A DNA stretch of 61,409 nt from Octopus bimaculoides (lineage: Eukaryota). The notes beneath the pieces were generated by a model. That model was not told the origin of the DNA and made no database searches. It worked only from the letters and a program-made list of their open reading frames with translations. The DNA lies in assembly GCF_001194135.2 (NCBI RefSeq), contig NC_068996.1:54140076-54201484 (forward strand), in the 5' to 3' direction. Below are positions 51,798 through 61,409 of the stretch, piece after piece. Every line of letters starts with the position of its first letter. The stretch's first letter is position 1. Both the position numbers and the translations under genes were made by a program.

Positions 51798-53336
51798 TTG
51801 GTGGTGGTGGTGGTGCTAGAAGTGATGCTACTGTAGCTATCAGTCCTTTAGCTATACTTTCAGCTGATATTTCTTTGTTTTTTTAACTGGTCTCTTGATG
51901 TTGTAATGTACTCCAGTACTACATTAGAATTACATTAGAAATTACCGCATTCATTCTACATTAGCTATTTATTGTTTACATTACTACGTAATTATTGCTA
52001 CGTCAATTAATGACAACGGTTATGTAGAATCATTCTGCAGAATTACTATACCACAGTTTGAGTATTTTTTTATTCTGTTAATGAAACCGCTGTTTGTAAC
52101 TTACTTATCCGCCATATTCACTCATCTGTTTTCTTTCCATCTTAGAATACAAGAAACTACAATTAGATGTTATCTAAGTTGTCATTCATAAAGCCGAAGA
52201 GTATAAAATAAACTTACACTCAGGGCTTGCAAAAAAGGCATAAGTAGTTTTTTATAGGATACTCGAAAGTTCATGTCCTTGATCGAATTAATCAGGTAGC
52301 TATTGAGCTTTATCATTTATACACATTATGATTCTATGTAAATTGATAAGAAAATTTATATAGATCAAATGTTTGAGCCATTACAGTGATTTGGTAAATG
52401 TTACAAAAAGGATTAATTTTATGTGGCGATACAAAAGCACAAAAGCATTTTCCACATTAGTGTATTTCAAATACTGTCTTCATATTTTATCAGAGATTAT
52501 ATTTGAATTATGTTTATATAGCAAACAAATCATGAATACTACAAATAATAAAAAAAGGAAGAGGAAAAAGAAAAAACCCAGGACGTACACAATATTTTAT
52601 AAGATTTTCCCTTCTTTGATGTTAACTTTATTGGATACATGGCGGAAAAATAAATTTAAATCACAGGATGAGATATCGGGCTGTAAAAACAAAGCAGTAT
52701 CACCAATATTATCAATCTATCAATGGATCGAGATTACTTTTATATTCGTGATTACGGTTACATCAGCTTCTAACAGAAGGATGGCCTGCAGTTATCGAGT
52801 CAATACAGCGTTTGCTGTTTTTTTTCCTTAAAATTATTGTTCTTTCTCCCTCAAGTCACTTAAATTCCTTTCGTTTTCCCAAGAAGAACAGCTCAGTTAC
52901 ATCACTTTCAAACTACAGCTGCTTCGGGGAATTTAGAAATCAAGAATTACAATAACAATTATATAATCAAGAAAGACTAATGAATAAAATGAAATTCAAA
53001 GGATGATGACAATCCAAACAATGAGACAATTTTATATTCAGTCTGTTTTAAAAATCTATGCAGAGATGAACACAGATCGAAACACCTCCATATTAATAGT
53101 TTGCTAAAGGAATAATCAAAATTTGCAAGTAAATATAACGAATAAGTTCATAATAGTTTCAAGACGTTGTTGAACATCCGTTGATTGATTATTTGTTAGA
53201 CCTGAATATGTATTCGAAGGAATATGCGATTAATTTTACTAAATTTTAATATATTTATCAGGACTCACTTGGTATGAAATACACGCAAACATTGTGGAAG
53301 ATTTCTATAATAATAATAACGATAATAATGATAATA

Positions 53337-53836
53337 AGTTGACAGAAAAGGTCACAGAAAACGAGAAAGCAACCATACTCTGGGATATGCCAATACACAC
53401 AGATAGAGAAATTAAGGCGAATAGACCAGATATAGTTGTCAGAGATCATGAAGGAAAAAAATGCTATTTGATTGATGTATCAATACCATCAGATGATAAC
53501 GTTTCTCTAAAAGAAATAGAGAAACTTTCAAACTACAAAGACCTGGAAATAGAGGTAACTTGAATGTGAAGTCTAAAAACAGAAACAATTCCTATCATAG
53601 TGGACGCATTAGGCATGATAGAAAATATTCAGACAAATACATAACAAAAACACCAGGACTTACAAATATATATAACATACAGAAAATTGCACTACTGGGC
53701 ACTGCACACATCCTACGCAAAACACTTTCAATACAGTAACCATAAGGGCATCACAGCAAACCGCAGCACATACCCAAGGCACACAGAATTGTCCTCAGTA
53801 GTGCAGTGAAAGCACACTATAAAAATAAGACCACTG
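53337..53836 (+). mobile_element. R4/Dong 3' fragment (subfamily Y), (AAT)n on both sides
   Basis: ILWDMPIHTDREIKANRPDIVV..CYLIDVSIP..KEIEKLSNYKDLEIEVT..LLGTAHILRKTLSIQ*. Confidence 0.9.
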
Positions 53837-53983
53837 AATAATAGTAATAATAATAATAATAATAATAATGATACAATAAAAAGTGTGCTATTGCTATCGA
53901 ATGAACAATATTTCGACACTTCGTGTATCTTCTACAAGTTCAAAATAATCATCTGAATCATTTTGGTAATATTTAAGGATTGA

Positions 53984-54199
53984 AAGGCGGTGAGCTGGCA
54001 GAAACGTTAGCACGCCGGGCAAAATGCTCAGCGGTATTTCGTCTGTCTTTATGTTCTGAGTTCAATTCCGCCAAGGTCGACTTTGCCTTTCATCCTTTCG
54101 CTGTCGATAAATTAAGCACCAGTTGCGTACTGGGGTCGATCTAACCGACTGGCCCCACTCCCCAAACATTTCGGGCCTTGTTCCTAGAAGAGAAAAGAC
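53984..54199 (+). mobile_element. SINE family 1 with a 16-bp target-site duplication
   Basis: taatatttaaggattg (53967-53982) and taatatttacggattg (54202-54217) flank it. Confidence 0.9.
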
Positions 54200-54480
54200 A
54201 ATAATATTTACGGATTGACGTTACTTCTCCCCAAGGTAAAGGAAAAATAAGAAGAGTGCGGCTGTTATCCAAAGAACAACATTTCGACACTTCGTGTGTC
54301 TTCCATAAGTTCAAAATAATCAATCGATAAATATTACCAAAATGAAGTAGATTGAGATGATTATTTTGAACTTGTGGGAGACACACAAGATGTCGAAGTA
54401 TCGTTCATTCGATAACAGTCGCACTCTTCTTATTCTTTCTTTACCTTCTAGAGGAGTAACGTCAAACCTTAAATATTATT
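54200..54480. mobile_element. Foldback element, ~123-bp arms with 35-bp spacer
   Basis: aataatattta..gacgttact..aagttcaaaataatca / tgattattttgaactt..gtaacgtc..taaatattatt; partial third arm at ~53880-53953. Confidence 0.8.
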
Positions 54481-54510
54481 ATTATTATGATTATTATTAT
54501 TATTATTATT

Positions 54511-54550
<40 letters not shown>

Positions 54551-54567
54551 GCAACAACAACAACAAC

Positions 54568-54606
<39 letters not shown>

Positions 54607-55537
54607 ATTAAACGAATAGCTTGCTCCTGAAGCTCGTTTCTGGTTTTGGTTTTTGTTGTGTAGATATGTATAACTTCATTAAAAATAACGTCAACTACGA
54701 GAGAAGATTGACTAGTTTCTCTGCGCTATATTCTCTATATAAAAAAGCTTTGCTCTCCGTATACGAAGTTACTATGTACACGCATTCATCTTACGATGTA
54801 CTACGAACAGCATTTTTTTGCTGTTGTTTCACCAAAACAGAAAAACGATCAAAGCTGCATGAAAGCCAGTATATATTGGAAATTAGGAATTATATGACGG
54901 TGTGAATGTTAAAAACAATAAGTTGATGGATAATATTTTCTAGAAAGTGGTTATTTTGAAAGAAAATTCTAAGAAACGGAATTAAACACTAATTTGGCAA
55001 TCTTCCAGTATAGGACATCATTTCACATATGTTGTCCTGATTACAATCATTCTTTGTCGGCTAATGGATTCTGAATCATACTTATAGCCAAAGCATTTGT
55101 CGTAGATGTGAACTATTCAATCTTTTGGTTACGCAAACATACTATTTCACATACATATATATATATCGTTGCTATTATGTTAAACTGTCGTATGTTCAAA
55201 TTTGGCCAAATGTGTTTTTCTTTTCAATATTACTTTTGCTTGAAATAGCCGGTTCTTTTGGTCAATCTAACATATTTCCAGCTGCTTCAGATGCCATGAT
55301 ATCAAACATTGTCAAAGTGTAGTACAACGGTTTTGCTATGGAATGATGAATTTTTTTTTTTTTTTTCGTTTTCTGAAAATGCAACGTTTTGATCTTAGGA
55401 CACTTGACAAAATGAGATAACAAAGCCAAGTCTCTGAGGAGTTTTCAGGACATTTATAAGGAAAAAGATATAGATATAGTCTTACAGCTGTTTCTGTGAT
55501 ATTATGGACATCCCTTCATCAGAGACGATGTGAGATG

Positions 55538-55571
55538 ATTAAATAGAGGTAAATATTTACCTCTATTTAAT
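55538..55571. repeat. Perfect 34-bp palindrome
   Basis: ATTAAATAGAGGTAAAT-ATTTACCTCTATTTAAT. Confidence 0.95.
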
Positions 55572-55690
55572 AAGGAATTATTATGGAAAAGGAGGAGATA
55601 GGGAATATAGAGGGAAATAAGAGAATTAAAGTAGAAATAAGATGTATAAAGATATTGTAGTTGCAGTTTCGTGAATTTCTCCCAAAGCAT

Positions 55691-56228
55691 GCGTGAATTT
55701 CTCCCAAAGTATATTCAATACATCAAACACATCAAAAACATATAGATATATAAAAATATATAGAGTAATCAATACATTAAAAATATACATATAAAAATAT
55801 ACAGATATATACATTAAAAATATATTGAAAAAATAAATACATATACCGGTCGACTTACAGATTATAAAACGAAGCCATAAAAAGAGTTAAAAGTCTATAA
55901 GATAAAACCGGTAGTCCGGTTGTCCAGTCATAAAATAGATATTTACATTCATTTTTGGACACCACCTCCTTCATCAGGGAAACGGCTGTAGGATTACTAA
56001 CTGGATTAGTAACACCCAGACTTCTTATCTTATAGACTTTTAACTCTTTTTAAGACTTCGTTTTATAATCTGTGAGTCGACCTGGATGGGATTTATTTTT
56101 CTAACACATTTTAATGTATATATCTATATATTTATATATTTTTAATGTATTGCTTACTCTCTATATTTTTTATATATCTATATATTTTTGATATGTTTGA
56201 TTAAATATACTTTTAGAGAAATTCATGC
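55691..56228. repeat. Long inverted repeat (arms 55691-55905 and 56025-56228) around a 119-bp spacer containing a hammerhead-like core
   Basis: gtcgacttacagattataaaacgaagcc..gtctataagataa pairs with ttatcttatagac..cttcgttttataatctgtgagtcgac; the spacer - strand reads CTGATGA-A-GGA-GGTGGTG-TCC-AAAA. Confidence 0.85.
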
Positions 56229-56388
56229 CTGTTGGATCTAGGGCTGAATAAATATAAATGTATATGTGAACTGGATTTGCCCAACTTTGATTCTTACTTC
56301 TACATTATATATACAGATATATACATATACATATGTCTATATTTATATGTATGTATATATTTATATATATGTACGTATGTATGTATGT

Positions 56389-56438
<50 letters not shown>

Positions 56439-56697
56439 TTATGCCGTATCGTGGTCAATTAAATGTTTTTGCCTTGGTACAAAGGTAGTAGGGATAACTG
56501 CAACGCCTGTTCAGTGGAGGCACGAGAGATTCTTAAATGTAAGTCTAATCTAATTAATCTAATTAACTAATGTATGAATTATTCATCTCATGTTCTCACC
56601 AATTCAACAAAACATTCTTAAAAATTGAATTTAATAATGTAATTGTACTAAATAATGTACGGATAACGTCCTTATTCGTTTATCATTATTATTATTA

Positions 56698-56747
<50 letters not shown>

Positions 56748-56877
56748 GCCTTTGCACAGCTTCTAACGCTAATGACAGAGCGTTGTGTGCTGGGTATTAA
56801 TGTAATCAACTTATCTCCTTCACCTAAAATTTCCCCTTGTGCCTATAGGAGACAGGATTATTATTATTGTTATTATT

Positions 56878-57435
56878 GAGTGAGAGAGAAGTGCATGCCA
56901 TCAAAGTTAGGCTGGGGTACAAATATGCGAAGCCCAGTATACCCATCATGACTACCCGTCTGATAAGGGTACACCAAGCACATGCATCACAACTATGTGT
57001 GCGTGACATGGTGATCTCATATTAAGATAAACAGCGCATGAGCTTGCAGGTGGAGCCCAGTTAGAATTTTCTTCAGGTCGAGTAGCCCATCCTGCTGAAA
57101 AGGTCCCTGAATAAGGTTTGCTTAAGGATGTTGAACGAGACACCCATATTTCCAGGGATGAATTATCCTAANNNNNNNNNNNNNNNNNNNNNNNNNNNNN
57201 NNNNNNNNNNNNNNNNNNNNNNNNNNNNNNNNNNNNNNNNNNNNNNNNNNNNNNNNNNNNNNNNNNNNNNNNNNNNNNNNNNNNNNNNNNNNNNNNNNNN
57301 NNNNNNNNNNNNNNNNNNNNNNNNNNNNNNNNNNNNNNNNNNNNNNNNNNGACAAAACAATGTACATGATAACACTTCCAATCAATTAAGATCAGAAGCC
57401 ATGAGAGCCACTGCCTGGTACTGCATCAGGACATT
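56878..57435 (-). mobile_element. ~0.55 kb (TAA)n-embedded element, copy 4 (spans an N gap)
   Basis: Collinear with the other copies; (TTA)n on both sides. Confidence 0.85.
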
Positions 57436-57479
57436 TATTATTATTATTATTATTATTATTGTTATTATTATTATTGTTA

Positions 57480-57535
<56 letters not shown>

Positions 57536-57554
57536 GTTATTATTATTGTTTTAA

Positions 57555-57810
57555 TCATTTAACATTTTGTCTTTATGTCTGTCTTTGTATTGTCCCCCTC
57601 ATCCTTTATGTCTCAAAATCCTAGCTGTCCCCAGCAGAGTAGCTTTTTGGGGGGTTTGCTCTGCTCTCGTATCAATTCCGATTTCTCTGACATATTTCTC
57701 GAACTTGGTTCCTAGTGCTCCGAGTGTCCCTACAACTACTGGAATGACAGAAACTCTCCTCATAGTCCACATTCTTGCAATTTCCTCTTTTAGTAGTCTC
57801 TACTTTTCAA

Positions 57811-57811
<1 letters not shown>
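57555..57811 (-). mobile_element. R4/Dong 3' fragment
   Basis: LEKYRLLKEEIARMWTMRRVSVIPVVVGTLGAL..QKATLLGTARIL on the - strand; (TTA)n on both sides. Confidence 0.85.
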
Positions 57812-57866
<55 letters not shown>

Positions 57867-58676
57867 GCCCTCCCCAATATCTTGTAACTCTCTGCTTCAA
57901 TAATTTCTCACGTAACTACTCAGTTTATTTAGTTCAGTTGTAAGTGATCTAAGCCTCTCTGATCTGCACCTTTATTTTATCACATTGTTCCTATCTTCCA
58001 TTTTTAGTCTTGTCATTATCTTGGGTATTTCTCTTATTTCTTTATACATATCATCACCCTATTGACGGCACTATTCTAAGAAGTATAGTAGTAAACTGCC
58101 ACCCGTTTGAATTTTTTTGCTTTTATTCCCAACTTCTTATCTATCCATCTATAGTACATAGATAATAAATTAGTCGGTTCCTGGCCTGTCATTGTTCTAT
58201 GACCCAATGGACTGACAATACATTTAATATTGTAGTACTAATAAGATAATCTATCTCTGTAGCCCCCCTATCTGAGTGAATTTCTTATAACATATCAACC
58301 TGCTATTTATAACTTGTCACTTTGTCTTCTTTACCCTTCCCTTCTTATTGTATTTGATAGACTAATTATAGAATATATTATATACATATTTACGTGCGTA
58401 TGTTCATACATACATACGTTTGTGTGCTTGCGTGTGTGCGTGCATGTATGTAGGTATGTATGTATACACATATTTACACACACAGAAAGTTAATTTGTCA
58501 TTTGGAGAATATTCTACGTTAGATGGAAAGGACAAAGGGTGAAATATATTAGTAATGGTTGAGGATAACCGTAATAGTTTTGTAGTAATTTTTAAAAATA
58601 ACGGATGGCAATAAAAGGTTTAGCAAAATTTAAAAATCCATCGTCAACTGCAGAAAGAAAAACGATATCAAATATT

Positions 58677-59329
58677 TTTTTCTACTCTAGGCACAAGACT
58701 CGAAATTTTTTGGGGAAGGGGCCAGTCGATTAGAGGGGACAAACAAGGACAGACAAAGGAATTAAGTCGATTACATCGGTGCTTGATTTATCGACTCCGA
58801 AAGGATGAAAGGCAAAGTCGACCTCTGCGGAATTTGAACTCAGAACATAAAGACAGACGAAATACCGCTTAGCGTTTCACCCGGCGTACTAACGTTTCTG
58901 CCAGCACCCCGCCTTGAACGATATCAAATATTCTTTTCTACTCTAGGCACAAGGCCCGAAATTTTGAGGGAGGGGTTCAGTTGATTAGATCAACCTCAGT
59001 ACGCAACTGGTACTTAATTTATCGACCCCAAAAGGATGAAAGTCAAAGTCGACCTCGGTGGAAGTTGAACTCAGAACATAAAGACAGACGAAATACCTAT
59101 TTCGTTATTGCCCACAAGGGGCTAAACATAGAGGGAACAAACAAGAACAGACGAACGGATTAAGTCGATTACATCGACCCCAGTGCGTAACTGGTACTTA
59201 ATTATCGACCCCGAAAGGATGAAAGGCAAAGTCGACCTCGGCGGAATTTGAACTCAGAACGTAACGGCAGACGAAATACCGCTAAGCATTTCGCCCGGCG
59301 TGCTAACGATTCTGCCAGCTCGCCGCCTT
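58677..59329 (-). mobile_element. Three tandem SINE family 1 copies (58677-58915, 58933-59097, 59098-59329), the last with an alternative LINE-like tail
   Basis: Reverse-complement heads and cores; tail c gtttagccccttgtgggcaataacgaaata. Confidence 0.9.
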
Positions 59330-59540
59330 GAACGATATGAAATAGTGTATGACAAAAGACTATTTATTAGCAAGAGTGTAATTATTTGAATTGATCAAAA
59401 TACCTGAAGTAAAACATTGCAAACAATTTTGTGAAGTATCTAATTTCGCCATTATTCTTACATTTAATATATTGCGCTTCAAACTCCGTAATTCACTAGA
59501 CTTGTTGACCGTTTTGTTGTTGTTTGTTCCTTCTCGAACC

Positions 59541-59822
59541 ATGCTTGGCTCATAAAGGCCGGTTTCCCGATTTCATTAGCGTATGGCTTCCTCGTCTGGA
59601 TGGGACACCTGTCCATCATAGGTGAGCTGCTAGATGCAGGAGGAAAGAGTGAGAGAAAGTTGTGGCGAAAGTGGCAGCAGAAGTTTGCCATTACCTTCTG
59701 CCGGAGTTGCATGGAGCTTGGGTGTTTCGCTCATAAACACACACATCGCCCGGTTTGAGATTCGAACCCGTGATCCCTCGACTGCGAGTCCGCTGTTCTA
59801 ACCACTAGGCCCCCATGCCTCC
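59541..59822 (-). mobile_element. tRNA-derived SINE family 3
   Basis: Head ggcctagtggttagaacagcggactcgcagtcgagggatcacgggttcgaatc (A- and B-box) with an unrelated body and tail. Confidence 0.75.
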
Positions 59823-61217
59823 ACCTGTTGACCGTTTAGGTATGTTTATATGGGAGTTTCTGTATATATACGTGTGTTTAGCTATTTCTAAATTTTAAAC
59901 TATTTATGAATAATTGTGCTGTTTGTAGCTATTTCGCTGTGTCCTTCATAATTTCAGGGCCGATAAATTAAGTACCAGTTGCTCCTGGGAGTGGGGCGAT
60001 GCAATTCACTAAGTTCCTCCCCCCCACCCAATTTCAAACCTTGTGCCTATATGAGGAGGAATCAGTATTAAAAGGATTAAGAAGAGAAGTACGAGTTATA
60101 ATAGTGGAGATACAATAAGGAGGATGAAAGAAGAAGAAGAAGAAGAAGAAGAAGAAGAAGAAGAAGGAGGAGGAGGAGGAGGAATATTGGTTCGATGAAT
60201 AAAGTATGTGGCTATGTGGCAGATAATTAGGAGAAACAATATCCTTGGGGAAAAGTGAATACTCTTAGACGTGCAATAAAATCTGACATGCGGAATATAC
60301 AGCGACAGGACATAAAACAAACTGCACACTCAGGCATACACCTTAGGGCATACAGTCAAACCTAAACTGGAGAATATAGATAGAAATTAAAAAGAGTAAG
60401 ATATATAATCTCCCATGAATAGTTATAGCTTGCTATTAAACAATAGCAATCAATAAAATGTTTTGAAAGATAAAGCTTATTGAATCAAGGGAAATGGAGA
60501 TCTGTTTTCATTTTAAGGAAAACAATAATAATTTTTTTTTTAAATATAATCTCGCAGAAAGGTAAACAGGCAATGTTATTAAATAGAAGATATTAAGGAT
60601 ACGAAAAGGAACAGCAGATAGATTATAACAATAGATGAGTGGCAATACTTCAGATCGAGCAATCATTTACCAATTAATAACAATAACTACCTGTTCTACC
60701 GGTTTTACTTAACAAGTTGGGTTGTTCAATTTGATAGACGGCTTATTTCACAATCCTTATGACCACTCTTCTGACATTAAAATGTTTTATTGATGTGTCT
60801 ATTTTATGCATGTGTAAATGATCAATTCAGAGTACATGTAGATAATTACGTGTATTTTTACACGTGGGCTTCGTTTCCTTGTACCTAAACACAACGAAAT
60901 GACATCATAAACGAATTCGTGAAAGTCTCACACAAGCTACACAAATATACGAACCCTCTACACGTTTGCACTACATGCTAGAAATAGCAGCAAGCTTCTG
61001 TCACCTCTCTCTGCCCTCTTGAAAAACAATTATTGGATGCTGTAGTCATCGTTACACTACCTACCAAAATATAAATTATCATGGCTGAAAATTCATATGA
61101 AGGAAGGTTTGCACCATCTAAGGTCCATGGTTGTCAAGACTCGCAATAACACACCTAGGACTGGACAGTAACAACAGCAACACGAATACAAACGTAAACA
61201 CACACACATCTTTATTC

Positions 61218-61409
61218 TTTATCTTTTACTTGTTTCAGTCATTGGACTGTGGCCATGCTGGGGCACCACCTTGAAGGGTTTTAGTTGAACAAATCAATCC
61301 CAGTATATCTTTTATCTTTTACTTGTTTCAGTCATTGGACTGTGGCCATGCTGGGGCACCACCTTGAAGGGTTTTAGTTGAACAAATCAATCCCAGTATA
61401 TCTTTTATC
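61218..61409 (-). repeat. Perfect 93-bp tandem repeat of the SINE family 2 3' tail (at least 2 units, runs off the window)
   Basis: 61218-61310 equals 61311-61403 and a third unit starts at 61404. Confidence 0.9.

Noticed and set aside
52373-52831. 152-codon ORF with a basic stretch
   Set aside because: AT-rich, no recognisable motif or splice context; likely chance
57866-58330. Possible very degenerate R4 RT-thumb sequence on the - strand (also an SKCR..HIVSG-like piece at ~9232-9370)
   Set aside because: Requires several assumed indels; not reliable by eye

Overview
AT-rich, microsatellite-dense eukaryotic DNA with six assembly gaps. The SINE families and repeat style suggest an octopus or other coleoid cephalopod (inference, not searched). 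No complete host gene is visible; a few possible + strand exons suggest the window may be intronic. Almost all recognisable content is mobile DNA: (1) about ten 3' fragments of R4/Dong-type RLE retrotransposons sitting in (TAA)n tracts, six of them stacked head-to-tail at 5.4-7.8 kb; (2) four copies of a ~0.5 kb non-coding element that also sits in triplet tracts, mostly (TAA)n; (3) three Penelope-like RT remnants plus pLTR-like pieces with hammerhead-like cores; (4) a Tx1/L1 ORF2 remnant; (5) many tRNA-derived SINEs with interchangeable 3' tails; (6) foldback/MITE-like elements; (7) a tRNA-Thr(CGT)-like gene between 137-bp direct repeats. The most striking object is at 36079-38113 (- strand): a ~2.0 kb, poly(A)-tailed, apparently 5'-complete retroelement. 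It carries a Tx1/L1-like ORF1 (zinc knuckle) and an unrecognised ~190-codon frame, has no endonuclease or RT, and is inserted into a Helentron-associated (HINE/DINE-like) element with a 33-bp imperfect duplication. It is a candidate 'half-L1'-type, possibly target-specific non-autonomous element. All family assignments come from motif recognition by eye and need database confirmation.
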